Source: Nitrospirota bacterium
GTDB lineage: Bacteria > Nitrospirota > UBA9217
Direction: 5' to 3'
Length of the DNA stretch: 64,000 nt
Assembly: GCA_963663225.1 (NCBI GenBank)
Contig: OY760142.1
Coordinates: forward strand, 1,376,001 to 1,440,000
In this document: in pieces, positions 39,934 to 51,023 of the stretch
Layout of the letters: each line of letters opens with the position of its first letter
Position numbering within the stretch: the stretch's first letter is position 1
Made by a program: the position numbers and the translations under genes
Notes under the pieces: model-generated
Databases searched by the model: none
What the model saw: only the letters and a program-made list of their open reading frames with translations
Told to the model about the DNA's origin: nothing

Positions 39934-41181
39934 ATGCGCAATCTGTTCCTTAAACTTCTTGCCCTCCTGCTTACAACAGGATTGTTACTTTCCTGCGGCG
40001 GCAGCTCCGGCAGCACGACGCCTACGCCTGGTCGACCCGCGGCGGCGGGAGATCTCGTTTCGTGGTCATGGGCCATAACGCTCGATACAACCTCCCTGAA
40101 TGCGGCGATCATTGCCGCGGGGATGATCGGATTTACCGCGGTGTCCGATGTGTCCTGCTACAAGCTTACCTATAAAACACCGAACGCCTCGGCCGCACTC
40201 ATCAATGCTTCCGGGCTCGTATGCCTGCCCGCCACCCGGAGCGGAGGCCGTCCGGTGTTGAGCTACCAGCACGGAACGATCTTTCAGGATTCCGATGCGC
40301 CTTCCAGTTTTAGCACAAGCTCCGAAGGTCTGCTGGGCGCGGTCTTCGCGGCGATCGGGTACATCGTGGTGATGCCCGACTATATCGGCTACGGCGATTC
40401 GACGGCCTTGATGCATCCCTTTGTTCATGCCGCAACGCTCGCGTCCGCAACCGTTGATATGAACCGCGCCGCGCGGGTGTTTTTCACGCAACCGGGCATC
40501 AGCACGGTGACGAACGGCCAGCTGTTTCTCGCGGGCTATTCCGAGGGAGGGTACGCAACGCTCGCGACGCAGCGATTGATGGAGCAGAGTTTGAGCGCGG
40601 AGTTTCCGATCACCGCCTCGGAACCGGGCGCAGGCCCCTATGACCTGTCGAGCACGGCCCACACCATGCTGGGATTCGCGACGCTGCCGCAGCCTGCATT
40701 TCCCGGATTTTTTCTTGTTGCCTACGATTCCCTTTACAACCTGCCGAGCCAGCTCGCGTATTACTTTGCCCCCGCCTACGCACCGGTTGTCGCCGCCTAT
40801 TTCGGAGGAAGCTACAGCAGGAGCCAGATCACTGCCGCGCTCGGAGGATCGAATGTCCCGACGTCCACATTGTTCAATCCCGTGTTTATTGCGAGCTTCC
40901 TGGGGACGGGCGAGACCGCGCTCAAGGCGCATATTGCTGAAAATAATATCTACAACTGGGCGCCTGCCGTGCCCACACGTCTGTTCCATGGCCAGGACGA
41001 CGACATCGTCCCCTATGCCAACACGACGACTGCCAAAAACGCCATGGACAGCAACGGATCGACCAGCGTGACGGTGGTTAATTGCAATGCCGGGACATTG
41101 CCCACAACGCACAACAACTGCATCGAACCTTTTGGCATTGATGTCGTCATCTATTTCAACACCCTTGCTACGGGGCTCTGA
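39934..41181 (+). CDS. Secreted lipase-like alpha/beta hydrolase lipoprotein
   Basis: LLSC lipobox, YQHGT, PDYIGYG, GYSEGG nucleophile, D and H near C-terminus. Confidence 0.85.
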   Translation: MRNLFLKLLALLLTTGLLLSCGGSSGSTTPTPGRPAAAGDLVSWSWAITLDTTSLNAAIIAAGMIGFTAVSDVSCYKLTYKTPNASAALINASGLVCLPATRSGGRPVLSYQHGTIFQDSDAPSSFSTSSEGLLGAVFAAIGYIVVMPDYIGYGDSTALMHPFVHAATLASATVDMNRAARVFFTQPGISTVTNGQLFLAGYSEGGYATLATQRLMEQSLSAEFPITASEPGAGPYDLSSTAHTMLGFATLPQPAFPGFFLVAYDSLYNLPSQLAYYFAPAYAPVVAAYFGGSYSRSQITAALGGSNVPTSTLFNPVFIASFLGTGETALKAHIAENNIYNWAPAVPTRLFHGQDDDIVPYANTTTAKNAMDSNGSTSVTVVNCNAGTLPTTHNNCIEPFGIDVVIYFNTLATGL

Positions 41182-41370
41182 ACAGATCATCAGTCTGCGC
41201 TGAATATTGCAGGTGGATTCTATAAGCTGCGGACATATGAGCAGACTTATTTTTAATATGCCAACATTAATTATGTATAGGTTGCAGTCAATTGTTTATT
41301 TGGCTATAATATCGGTGCTCAAAATATGGGAATCGGGCGTTTTCAAAATAAAAAAGTGTAAGGAGGCGAA

Positions 41371-41817
41371 ATGAAATACTTTTGTTATGTACTTATGGTA
41401 GCGATGTGTTTTTTAGGAGCCTGTGCTGCGAGTGTACATCAAGATCAGGCTGCAATGCCTGATGCAGGACATTTTGACGGGACTTGGGATGTTACGTATG
41501 TCTGCGATGGAGAACGGGGAGGCGACAAATACACAATGCGTTTCAAAGCTTATGTAAAGAATAGCGTTTTCCACGGAAAGTATGAGAGTAAAAGCAATAC
41601 CGGGGCTTTCCTTATACTCGACGGAAAAATTAAGGCTGATGGCAGCGCGCTCCTCAGAGCGGACGGAGACATCGGTCGCGACAGAAAATATGCTGCTGGA
41701 AGCTATCAACGCAACACTGCCTATAATTACAATATAGATGCAACCTTTACAGCCTCCCAAGGCACTGGCAAGCGGCTCTCGGGTCGTAATTGCGATTTAA
41801 CCGCGGTCAAGCAGTAG
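41371..41817 (+). CDS. Hypothetical lipoprotein
   Basis: LGAC lipobox; RBS aaggagg. Confidence 0.7.
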   Translation: MKYFCYVLMVAMCFLGACAASVHQDQAAMPDAGHFDGTWDVTYVCDGERGGDKYTMRFKAYVKNSVFHGKYESKSNTGAFLILDGKIKADGSALLRADGDIGRDRKYAAGSYQRNTAYNYNIDATFTASQGTGKRLSGRNCDLTAVKQ

Positions 41818-42024
41818 AACTGACATTCCCGGCGTCCAGCGGCGAAAAGATACAAACAGTCTCAAGTAAAGAGAACAGTGGTTCACAAAGTCAGCCTCGG
41901 CGGCAGGGAGTAATGTCTTAGTAAATCAACATAAGGGGTGCAGCAAAAAATCGCACCCCTTATGTTCAATGTTCGTACCAAGAATAGAATTATTTCTGGC
42001 TTTGAAATGTTTGACGGCAAATTT

Positions 42025-42801
42025 ATGAACATCAAGAAAAAAGGATCATATGGTTCTGTCGCTTTATGTCTCCTGGCTGTGTTTATTCTCACCGGATGCG
42101 CCGGGCTAGGCAGAACAGTTCCTGTTCCGAGTCTGCTGTCTCAAAAAACTGACACTTACATATATTATGGCGGTCCGTTCTTTGTTCCGGATGGAACGCA
42201 GTCAGTCACAGAAGTAGCACGATATTCCGCCACCGGACAGATTGCCGCTATTACGGCACTGAAAGGAAACGCGAGAATTCTTCTTATCGGGTTCCATCCG
42301 GAAGTGACTTCAAATTCAGGGCTGACCTCAAGTGATGCAAATCGGACCTGGCTTAATACACAAATGACCTGGGCGCTGACGAGTACTGACCCTGTTGCGC
42401 CGATAGCCATTTATAACGAATCTGGAGAAGTCTGGTACCCGAGCGTTTCAGGAGTGCAGGCACAGTGCGCATCTGCCGGACTTGTCTGCAAACTCGTTAC
42501 GGCGTCTGACTTGAACGCGAGTACAACTTCTCTTTCTTCTTACCGCGCTATCATTGTGCCCGGCGGCTACAGAGTCGGGATCTCCGTTGCAGGCCGGAAC
42601 GGTCAAACTGCCGTAAATAATCTGATAAAGAGCGGTGGGTCCTATATCGGAATCTGCTCCGGCGCCTATGCAGCAGCCTCTTCTGTTCGGTGGGAGGGCT
42701 CGTGGAGTTCCGGGCTCGGTTTTTTTCATGGCAAAGCTGTAGGCTCTATTTACGACATTGCTGCATGGCCGGCTGAAGTTCTTACGCCGATTTTACATTG
42801 A
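42025..42801 (+). CDS. Lipoprotein with circularly permuted BPL_N (GATase1-like) domain
   Basis: LTGC lipobox; YYGGP..ARY..HPE precedes IVPGG..GGSYIGICSGAY. Confidence 0.7.
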   Translation: MNIKKKGSYGSVALCLLAVFILTGCAGLGRTVPVPSLLSQKTDTYIYYGGPFFVPDGTQSVTEVARYSATGQIAAITALKGNARILLIGFHPEVTSNSGLTSSDANRTWLNTQMTWALTSTDPVAPIAIYNESGEVWYPSVSGVQAQCASAGLVCKLVTASDLNASTTSLSSYRAIIVPGGYRVGISVAGRNGQTAVNNLIKSGGSYIGICSGAYAAASSVRWEGSWSSGLGFFHGKAVGSIYDIAAWPAEVLTPILH

Positions 42802-43088
42802 TGCATAGCGCGATTTAAAAAAACCTTTTCACCACCCAGCTCTTGGCCGGTATTGATGTTTATCGTATGTTTGTCCGGCACCGGTTTCCCCGGAAACTCT
42901 GATAAATTCACGCAGATATTACCTCAAAAATAAAAATCCGAAGAGAATCTGAAAAACTTGATATTGCTTTATCCGTTGTCATGATTTATAATTTGCAGCC
43001 GGTGCTTCCGGTCCATTGAAGCAGTTATGAAATGCAGCGATACTTTTCCTAAGAATTGTTCAGAACTGAAAACCCAGGAGGTTTTACT

Positions 43089-44984
43089 TTGGCAGCAACG
43101 TATACCGCAAAAGATATCACCGTTCTTGAAGGTCTGGAACCCGTCCGCAAGCGGCCGGCGATGTACATCGGCTCCACGGACGTGCGGGGGCTTCACCATC
43201 TTGTCTGGGAGACGCTCGACAATGCAGTCGACGAGGCGTTGAACGGTTATTGCACGGCGATCACGCTCAGAATTGAAAAGGACGGCGGTGTAACGGTAAC
43301 AGACAACGGACGCGGCATCCCGGTGGACATCCATCCGAAAACCAAGCGCCCCGCCATTGAAACAATCCTGTGCACGCTGCACGCGGGCGGCAAATTCGAC
43401 CACACCGCATACAAGTCCTCCGGCGGTTTGCACGGCGTCGGCGCCTCGGTGGTGAACGCATTGTCCGAAATTTTTGTCGCCACGGTCTGGCGCGACGGCT
43501 ACGAGTGGGTGCAGGAGTTTTCCCGCGGCAAGCCGAAAGGCAGCCTCAAAAAAGGCAAGCCGAGCAGAACGCACGGAACGCAGATATACTTCCGGCCGGA
43601 CCCAGAAATCTTCACGAAAACGAGCTTCAATTATAAAACGATCATTGACGTTTCCGAGAGCAAAGCATTTCTGAACAAGGGCCTTAAAATCACCATCGAA
43701 AACCCGAGGGACAAGGAAAACCCCGTTACCTTCAAGTATGACAACGGCATCCAGGATTACATCAAACGAATCGTCGGGAACGCGCAGCTTGTGAACGCAG
43801 AGCCGTTTTACCTGGAAAAGGAAGACGACTTCAGGATTGAGTGCGCGATCCACTGGACCACCTCCACGGACACGGAGATTCATTCCTACGCAAACTCCAT
43901 CAATACCTCGGACGGCGGAACGCATGAGCTGGCCGTGAGGCAGGGAATCACCAAGGCCGTCCGCGCCTATGCGGAGCGCAAAAACCTGCTGCCGAAAAAT
44001 ATCAAAACCCTCACCGCGGAAGACGTGTATGAAGGGCTGTACGGCATCGTGAGCGTTCTGGTCAAGAATCCCCAGTTCCAGGGCCAGACCAAGGAAAAGC
44101 TGAACAATCCGGACATTTCCTCGCCCATTGACAGCGCGGTCAAAAACGCCTGCGAAGCATATCTGCTTGCGAACCCCTCCATGGCCGACGCAGTGGTAAA
44201 GCGCGTGCTACTGGCGGCAGAGGCCCGGCTTGCGTCCCGCGCGGCAAAAGACAACGTTGCGCGGAAGCTTTCGTCTCTGAAACTCAATCTTCCGGGCAAG
44301 CTTTCGGACTGTTCATCGAATAAAGTCGAAGAAACAGAGCTTTTTATTGTTGAGGGGGACTCGGCGGGCGGTTCTGCGAAGATGGCGCGCGACCGGAAGA
44401 CCCAGGCGGTGCTGTCGCTCCGCGGCAAGATCCTGAACGTGGAACAGGTGGCTTCTCTCGAGAAGATCCAGACGAACAATGAGATCAAGAACCTGCTGGT
44501 CACCTTCGGGTGCGGCGTGGGACAGCACTTCGATCTGTCCAAACTCCGGTACCACCGCATAATCCTGATGACCGACGCGGACGTGGACGGCGCGCATATC
44601 AGCGTGCTGCTCCTTACCTTTATCTACCGGTACATGCCGGAGCTGATAAACCACGGGCATGTATACCTTGCCATGCCGCCGCTTTTCAAGATTGAAGCGG
44701 GAAAAGAAGTTTTCTATGCCATGGACGAAATGGAGAAGGAAAAAATCCTCGCAAAACTGCATAATAAAAAGTATGAAGTGGGGCGTTTTAAGGGCCTGGG
44801 AGAAATGAACCCCGAAACGCTCAAAGAAACAACCATGAACCCGAAAACCAGAACCCTTATGAAAGTTCAGGTGCTGGATCATAAGGCGACCGGCGATGTT
44901 TTCGAGCGTCTCATGGGCAAAGATCCCAAAGCCCGGTTTTTGTTTATCAAGGAACGGGCGGAATTTGCCGAGCTTGATATTTGA
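43089..44984 (+). CDS. parE: Type IIA topoisomerase B subunit (ParE-like/short GyrB)
   Basis: VRKRPAMYIG, DNGRGIP, EGDSAGG, TDADVDG, RFKGLGEM; parE vs gyrB assignment uncertain. Confidence 0.75.
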   Translation: MAATYTAKDITVLEGLEPVRKRPAMYIGSTDVRGLHHLVWETLDNAVDEALNGYCTAITLRIEKDGGVTVTDNGRGIPVDIHPKTKRPAIETILCTLHAGGKFDHTAYKSSGGLHGVGASVVNALSEIFVATVWRDGYEWVQEFSRGKPKGSLKKGKPSRTHGTQIYFRPDPEIFTKTSFNYKTIIDVSESKAFLNKGLKITIENPRDKENPVTFKYDNGIQDYIKRIVGNAQLVNAEPFYLEKEDDFRIECAIHWTTSTDTEIHSYANSINTSDGGTHELAVRQGITKAVRAYAERKNLLPKNIKTLTAEDVYEGLYGIVSVLVKNPQFQGQTKEKLNNPDISSPIDSAVKNACEAYLLANPSMADAVVKRVLLAAEARLASRAAKDNVARKLSSLKLNLPGKLSDCSSNKVEETELFIVEGDSAGGSAKMARDRKTQAVLSLRGKILNVEQVASLEKIQTNNEIKNLLVTFGCGVGQHFDLSKLRYHRIILMTDADVDGAHISVLLLTFIYRYMPELINHGHVYLAMPPLFKIEAGKEVFYAMDEMEKEKILAKLHNKKYEVGRFKGLGEMNPETLKETTMNPKTRTLMKVQVLDHKATGDVFERLMGKDPKARFLFIKERAEFAELDI

Positions 44985-45019
44985 TTCACGGTTTCGAATC
45001 CGAACTTCCCCAAAATGAC

Positions 45020-45050
45020 GGCAGCCCCTAAAAGGCTGCCCTTTTTGTTC
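45020..45050 (+). terminator. Rho-independent terminator
   Basis: ggcagcc-cctaaaa-ggctgcc-ctttttgtt. Confidence 0.65.
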
Positions 45051-45153
45051 CTCTGGGGTATTTTTCTGCAGGCGGCGTGTACTTTCTTTGTGATTGACAC
45101 TTCTCAAATCTATCTGGTATAGTACATAAACTGCTTATTTTGCAAGGAGTTTT

Positions 45154-46638
45154 ATGTTCAAACCTTCATTTGAAGAGTTTAAGCAAAAGGCCAAGTCGGG
45201 CAATCTTATCCCGGTATACCGAGAAATTCTCGCGGATATGGACACCCCGGTTTCGGCGTTTCGAAAGATCGATGACCAGAAACACTCTTTTTTGCTTGAG
45301 AGCATGGAAGGTGGGGAAAAGTGGGCGCGGTACTCGTTTCTTGGAAGCCGTCCTTCGATCGTTGTGAAGAGTTTTGGCCGGACCGTGGAAATTACTACCG
45401 ACGGAAAAACCAAAAAAAACACATTTGAGCAGGATCCTCTTGAAGTGGTCAAGCGTGTTCTGTCAGCGTATAAACCGGTGCCTGATCCGGCATTGCCCCG
45501 GTTTTTCGGCGGTGCTGTGGGTTTCATGGGATATGATGTCGTCCGTTTTTTTGAAGACCTGCCTGCCAGGGACAAGGAAGGGCTCGATATCCCTGACATG
45601 GTATTCATGATTACGGACACGCTCGTGATTTTTGACAATATCACCCATATGATAAAAGTGGTTTCGAACGCCCACATAAAGGGAAAATCTGCCGAGGCCG
45701 CCTACCGTGAAGCGACAAAGAAGATAAACTCTCTTGTAAAGAAGCTGAAAAAAGGCGAAGAAAAACAAGGGGCAACAAGGCAGAAAACAAAAATAAAAGA
45801 GCACATGCTTACTTCAAATTTTACTCTTCAACAGTACGTGGAGGCTGTGCTCAAAGCCAAGGAATACATTAAGGCCGGTGACATCTTTCAGGTGGTTCCG
45901 TCCCAGCGCTTTCAGACGAAAATAGATACGGAACCCTATGAGATTTACCGCGCGCTTCGGCTGATCAACCCGTCTCCGTATATGTATTTTCTGCGGTGCG
46001 GGGATGCCACGGTGGTGGGAGCCTCCCCGGAGGTCATGGTGAGGCTCGAGGGCGGTACAATCGACCTCCGGCCGATAGCCGGTACGCGCAGGCGCGGCGC
46101 CACAGAAGAAGAGGACAAGACGCTTGCGGAGGAACTTCTGGCCGACCCCAAGGAGCGCGCGGAGCACATCATGCTTGTGGACCTCGGCAGAAACGATGTC
46201 GGCAGGGTAAGCGAACCGGGGAGCGTGCGTGCGACCGAACTGATGGTGATCGAGCGGTATTCTCACGTGATGCATATTGTGTCGAACGTGCGCGGCCAGC
46301 TGTCTCACGGCAGGGACGCATATGATGTGGTGCGCGCCTGCTTTCCGGCCGGCACTGTTTCGGGTGCGCCCAAGATCAGGGCCATGCAGATCATCGATGA
46401 ACTGGAACCGACCCGGAGAGGCCCCTACGCAGGTGCCGTGGGATACTTCGGGTTTTCGGGCAACATGGATACCTGCATTACCATACGGACCCTTGTCGTA
46501 AAGAACGGTGTTGCCTACATCCAGGCGGGCGGAGGAGTAGTGGCGGACAGCGACCCCGCTGCCGAGTTCCAGGAGACGGTAAACAAAGCAAAAGCAATGA
46601 TGCGTGCCGTGGAAATGGCCGAGATGGGGCTGGAGTGA
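45154..46638 (+). CDS. trpE: Anthranilate synthase component I
   Basis: LLES, NPSPYMY, RPIAGT, EHIMLVDLGRND. Confidence 0.95.
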   Translation: MFKPSFEEFKQKAKSGNLIPVYREILADMDTPVSAFRKIDDQKHSFLLESMEGGEKWARYSFLGSRPSIVVKSFGRTVEITTDGKTKKNTFEQDPLEVVKRVLSAYKPVPDPALPRFFGGAVGFMGYDVVRFFEDLPARDKEGLDIPDMVFMITDTLVIFDNITHMIKVVSNAHIKGKSAEAAYREATKKINSLVKKLKKGEEKQGATRQKTKIKEHMLTSNFTLQQYVEAVLKAKEYIKAGDIFQVVPSQRFQTKIDTEPYEIYRALRLINPSPYMYFLRCGDATVVGASPEVMVRLEGGTIDLRPIAGTRRRGATEEEDKTLAEELLADPKERAEHIMLVDLGRNDVGRVSEPGSVRATELMVIERYSHVMHIVSNVRGQLSHGRDAYDVVRACFPAGTVSGAPKIRAMQIIDELEPTRRGPYAGAVGYFGFSGNMDTCITIRTLVVKNGVAYIQAGGGVVADSDPAAEFQETVNKAKAMMRAVEMAEMGLE

Positions 46639-46689
46639 CCCGATCGGAGTGTGCCGCACGAATGAAGTTGTTCATGGAAAGGTTTTGCC

Positions 46690-47253
46690 ATGCTGCTCAT
46701 GATAGACAATTATGATTCATTCACCTATAACCTTGTCCAGTATTTCGGGGAACTCGGCCAGGATTTGAAAATATACCGGAACGACAAGATCACGATTCAG
46801 GAAATAGAACAGATGAAGCCCGACCGGATTGTGGTGTCACCCGGGCCCTGCACTCCCAGGGAGGCGGGCATCTCAATTGAAGTGATCAGGCATTTTGCCG
46901 GCAGCATTCCGATTCTGGGCGTCTGTCTCGGACACCAGGCTATCGGCGAAGCATTTGGCGGGGAAGTGGTTCGTGCGCCGTATCTTATGCATGGAAAAAC
47001 CTCCCTGATCCACCATGACGGCAGGACGATCTTTGCCGGTCTTTCGAATCCGTTTGTGGCGACCCGATACCATTCGCTTATCATCAAACGCGAGACCATG
47101 CCTTCAGCGCTTGAGATTTCGGCGTGGACCGAGGATGGTGTCGTCATGGGCATACGGCACAGGCGGTTCAAGGTTGAAGGCGTGCAGTTTCACCCTGAAT
47201 CTATTTTGACCGGTGTCGGCAAGGAGTTGCTCGGGAATTTTCTGAAAATATAG
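46690..47253 (+). CDS. trpG: Anthranilate synthase component II
   Basis: [23 protein letters not shown]. Confidence 0.93.
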   Translation: MLLMIDNYDSFTYNLVQYFGELGQDLKIYRNDKITIQEIEQMKPDRIVVSPGPCTPREAGISIEVIRHFAGSIPILGVCLGHQAIGEAFGGEVVRAPYLMHGKTSLIHHDGRTIFAGLSNPFVATRYHSLIIKRETMPSALEISAWTEDGVVMGIRHRRFKVEGVQFHPESILTGVGKELLGNFLKI

Positions 47254-47268
47254 TTTTTTCCTAAAACC

Positions 47269-48282
47269 ATGATCAAAGAAGCCATCGCTAAGATTGCAGC
47301 AAAGGTCAATCTCACCGACGCGGAAGCCGAATCCGTCATGCGCGAGATCATGCAGGGCGAGGCCACGGACGCGCAGATAGCGGCATACATCACCGCGCTC
47401 CGCATGAAGGGCGAAACGGTGGAGGAAATCACCGGCTCCGCGCGGGTCATGCGCGAGAAGGCCGTGCCGATAACGCTTGATGCCGCTTACCAGGTGGACA
47501 CGTGCGGTACGGGCGGCGACATGGCTCATACCTTTAATATTTCCACGACTGCCGCGTTTGTGGTCGCCGGCGCGGGCGTGACGGTCGCAAAGCACGGCAA
47601 CCGGTCGGTCTCCAGCAAGAGCGGCAGCGCCGACGTGCTCCAGGCGCTCGGCGTGAATATCGAGATCCCTCCTCCGCGCGTTGAAGCATGCATGAAAGAG
47701 GTGGGCATCGGGTTTCTGTTTGCACCGATGATGCACCTTGCCATGAAATACGCAATCGGGCCACGGCGCGAAATCGGCATCCGCACGATTTTCAATCTGC
47801 TCGGGCCTCTCACGAACCCGGCTGAGGTGACCTCCCAGGTTATGGGCGTGTATGCTGCGGATTTGACCGGTCTGCTGGCCCGGGCACTCGGGAACCTCGG
47901 CGCAGCGCATGCCTTTGTGGTGCACGGCATGGACGGGCTGGATGAAATAACGATTACGGACAGGACCAAAATATCTGAGTTCAAGGACGGAACGGTAACG
48001 GACTATTTCGTTCACCCTGCGGACTTTGGATTTTCTCCGGGAAAACCCGAAGACCTGCGGGGAGGTGACGCCAAAGAGAATGCGGCCATCACCCTCGAAA
48101 TACTGAACGGCAAGCGCGGCGTGCGGCGGGACATTGTTTTGCTGAATGCCGCTGCAGGGATCGTTGCATCCGGCAAGGCGCCGGATCTTGCAGAAGGCAT
48201 CAGGCTTGCTGGAGCGTCCCTTGATTCCGGCGCTGCGTTCGGAAAACTGGAAGCGCTGAAGGCATTTACGAATAAAGCATAG
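47269..48282 (+). CDS. trpD: Anthranilate phosphoribosyltransferase
   Basis: [21 protein letters not shown]. Confidence 0.95.
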   Translation: MIKEAIAKIAAKVNLTDAEAESVMREIMQGEATDAQIAAYITALRMKGETVEEITGSARVMREKAVPITLDAAYQVDTCGTGGDMAHTFNISTTAAFVVAGAGVTVAKHGNRSVSSKSGSADVLQALGVNIEIPPPRVEACMKEVGIGFLFAPMMHLAMKYAIGPRREIGIRTIFNLLGPLTNPAEVTSQVMGVYAADLTGLLARALGNLGAAHAFVVHGMDGLDEITITDRTKISEFKDGTVTDYFVHPADFGFSPGKPEDLRGGDAKENAAITLEILNGKRGVRRDIVLLNAAAGIVASGKAPDLAEGIRLAGASLDSGAAFGKLEALKAFTNKA

Positions 48283-48298
48283 GGCAGAAACTCAAAGA

Positions 48299-49078
48299 AT
48301 GATTTTAGACGAAATTATTGCGTACAAAAGAGAAGAGCTTGCGGCAGTAAAGCGCCGGACGCCGCTCTCTGAAGTCAAAACACAGGCACAGGATGCCGGA
48401 CCGCTCCGGGAGTTCGGAAAAGCGCTTGTGGTCAAGAATGACGTCGGGCTTATTGCGGAAGTGAAAAAAGCTTCGCCATCCAAGGGTGTGATCCGGGAGA
48501 ATTTCGACCCGGCTGCAATAGCGAAAACATACGAACAGGCCGGGGCGGCCTGCATCTCGGTGCTTACGGAAAGCAAGTTTTTTCAGGGGAAGCTTGAGTA
48601 TCTTGGTGAAATAAGAAAAGCGGTAAGGATTCCTCTTCTGCGCAAGGATTTTATCATCGACGAATATCAGTTGTTCGAAGCACGGGCAGCGGGAGCGGAC
48701 GCCGTGTTGCTGATTGCGGCCTGTCTGGAAAAACGGCAGTTGGCGGATTATCTCGGCATCGCGAAGCTCTTGCAGCTCGACGCGCTGGTGGAATCGCATA
48801 CTTACAGGGAGCTTGATAAATCGCTGCTCGCCGGCGCAACGATTGTCGGGATCAATAACCGTGACCTTACAACCTTCACGGTTGACCTGCGTACGACGCT
48901 CGATCTTCTGCAGGACATCCCGGACGAATGCACCGTGGTGAGCGAGAGCGGAATCGCAGAACGGAGCGACGTCGTTGCGCTTCAGAATGCGGGTGTGGAT
49001 GCAATCCTTGTCGGCGAGAGCCTGATGAGGGCGCAGGACATCGGAAAGAAGGTGAAGGAGTTTTTAGGGAGAAGCTGA
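48299..49078 (+). CDS. trpC: Indole-3-glycerol phosphate synthase
   Basis: IAEVKKASPSKG, LRKDFI, GINNRDL. Confidence 0.95.
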   Translation: MILDEIIAYKREELAAVKRRTPLSEVKTQAQDAGPLREFGKALVVKNDVGLIAEVKKASPSKGVIRENFDPAAIAKTYEQAGAACISVLTESKFFQGKLEYLGEIRKAVRIPLLRKDFIIDEYQLFEARAAGADAVLLIAACLEKRQLADYLGIAKLLQLDALVESHTYRELDKSLLAGATIVGINNRDLTTFTVDLRTTLDLLQDIPDECTVVSESGIAERSDVVALQNAGVDAILVGESLMRAQDIGKKVKEFLGRS

Positions 49079-49178
49079 TGTTCCCGCAAGGGCACACAGC
49101 TCAAAAAGCAGTTCATCCAAATATGCGTGAAGGCGAACACGCGGGATCAGGTGTCTGAACAGGAAAACGAGGTTTCAG

Positions 49179-49799
49179 ATGATCAAAATCAAAATTTGCG
49201 GTATAACCAATCTGGAAGATGCACTGGCAGCCGCAGAGTTTGGCGCGGATGCGCTGGGGTTTATTTTTTACAAGAAGAGCCCCCGCTATATTGATCCTGA
49301 GAAGGCGGTCGAAATCATCTCGCAGCTTCCGCCGATCATTGTGCCTGTCGGCATTTTCGTAAATGAGCGCGAGGAAAAAATACGCGAGATCCAGGAATTG
49401 ACCTGCATTCAGACAATCCAGCTGCACGGTGATGAGACCCCCGAGTTCTGCCAGCGGTTCGGAGTCCGCGTGATCAAGGCGTTCCAGGTAAAGGACAAGG
49501 AGAGCATCAAGCACATGGCGCACTATCACGTGGGGGCTTTTCTCCTCGACAGCTATCGAGACGGCCAGCGAGGAGGGACCGGTACAACCTTTGACTGGCA
49601 CCTTGCAGTTGTTGCTAAAACGTTCGGCAAAATAATCCTTGCAGGGGGGCTTACGCCGGAAAATGCAGCGGAAGCGGTGAAACTGGTGCAACCGTACGGC
49701 GTTGACGTGTCCGGCGGTGTGGAGCGGGAGAAGGGATTCAAGGACCATGCAAAAATCAAAAAATTTATTTCAGAAGTTCGGAGGGGATCGTGTCCATAA
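49179..49799 (+). CDS. trpF: Phosphoribosylanthranilate isomerase
   Basis: [21 protein letters not shown]. Confidence 0.95.
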   Translation: MIKIKICGITNLEDALAAAEFGADALGFIFYKKSPRYIDPEKAVEIISQLPPIIVPVGIFVNEREEKIREIQELTCIQTIQLHGDETPEFCQRFGVRVIKAFQVKDKESIKHMAHYHVGAFLLDSYRDGQRGGTGTTFDWHLAVVAKTFGKIILAGGLTPENAAEAVKLVQPYGVDVSGGVEREKGFKDHAKIKKFISEVRRGSCP

Positions 49800-50986
49800 G
49801 TCTGCCGGATAAAACAGGACACTTCGGCATATACGGGGGCAAGTTCGCCCCGGAGACGCTCATGCCGGCGCTGGCCGAACTGGAAGCCGCATACCGTGCC
49901 GCGAAGCAGGACAAGGGTTTCCAGGAAGAGCTCGCCTACTATTTTAAAGAATATATTGGAAGGCCCACGCCGCTGTTTTTTGCGAAACGGCTGACCGAGC
50001 ACCTTGGCGGCGCCAAAATCTATTTTAAGCGGGAAGATCTGTGCCATACCGGCGCGCATAAAATCAACAACTCCCTCGCACAGGTCCTGCTGGCGAAACG
50101 CATGGGCAAGACCCGTGTCATCGCGGAAACCGGCGCGGGCCAGCACGGCGTGGCCACCGCCACCGCCGCAGCCATGTTCGGCCTCGCCTGCGAAGTTTAC
50201 ATGGGCACCGACGACATGGCGCGCCAGTCCTTGAACGTTTTCCGCATGAAGCTTCTCGGCACCACGGTGCGGCCGGTTGATATCGGCAGCAGAACGCTCA
50301 AGGATGCGATTAACGAGGCCATGCGGGACTGGATCACCAATGTAGCGGACACGCATTATGTGCTCGGCACGGTATTCGGGCCGCATCCCTTTCCCCTGAT
50401 GGTGCGCGATTTCCAGTCGATAATCGGACGCGAAGCGAAGAAGCAGATGCACAAGCTGGAAGGAAAGCTTCCGGATTGCCTGGTGGCGTGCGTGGGCGGG
50501 GGGTCCAATGCCATGGGACTGTTCTACGAGTTCCTGGGAGACGCTTCCGTCAAGATGTACGGCATCGAGGCCGGCGGCCTCGGCATTGAACGGGGCAAAC
50601 ATGCCGCACGCTTTGCGGGCGGATCGCTCGGCGTGCTGCAGGGATCCAAGACGTATATTCTGCAGGACAGCGATGGACAGATTGAGCTTACTCATTCCGT
50701 ATCAGCCGGTCTGGATTATGCGGCGGTCGGACCCGAGCATGCCTTCTATCATGATTCCGGCCGCATCGAGTATGCGTATGCCGTTGATGATGAGGCCCTG
50801 GAGGCGTTTGACCTGCTTTCCCGACTTGAAGGCATCATCCCGGCGCTGGAAAGCGCCCATGCGGCGGCCTACTGCCTCAAGCTCGCGCCGACACTCGGCA
50901 GGAACAGGGTGATCATCTGCAATCTTTCCGGCCGCGGCGACAAGGATGTTATGCAGGTGGCGGCAATCAAAGGCGTTGAATTGTAA
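49790..50986 (+). CDS. trpB: Tryptophan synthase beta subunit
   Basis: [23 protein letters not shown]. Confidence 0.97.
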   Translation: MSISLPDKTGHFGIYGGKFAPETLMPALAELEAAYRAAKQDKGFQEELAYYFKEYIGRPTPLFFAKRLTEHLGGAKIYFKREDLCHTGAHKINNSLAQVLLAKRMGKTRVIAETGAGQHGVATATAAAMFGLACEVYMGTDDMARQSLNVFRMKLLGTTVRPVDIGSRTLKDAINEAMRDWITNVADTHYVLGTVFGPHPFPLMVRDFQSIIGREAKKQMHKLEGKLPDCLVACVGGGSNAMGLFYEFLGDASVKMYGIEAGGLGIERGKHAARFAGGSLGVLQGSKTYILQDSDGQIELTHSVSAGLDYAAVGPEHAFYHDSGRIEYAYAVDDEALEAFDLLSRLEGIIPALESAHAAAYCLKLAPTLGRNRVIICNLSGRGDKDVMQVAAIKGVEL

Positions 50987-51023
50987 CCATGCGTTTAAAA
51001 TTCAGGATTGCGGGTTGAGGTCT

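Noticed and set aside
45050-45153. trp attenuator/leader peptide
   Set aside because: Predicted promoter lies ~30 nt from the trpE ATG; no Trp-codon leader or T-box visible
40066-50695. Long antisense ORFs (e.g. 40066-41190, 42969-43925, 49553-50695)
   Set aside because: Shadow frames of well-supported genes with no recognisable motifs
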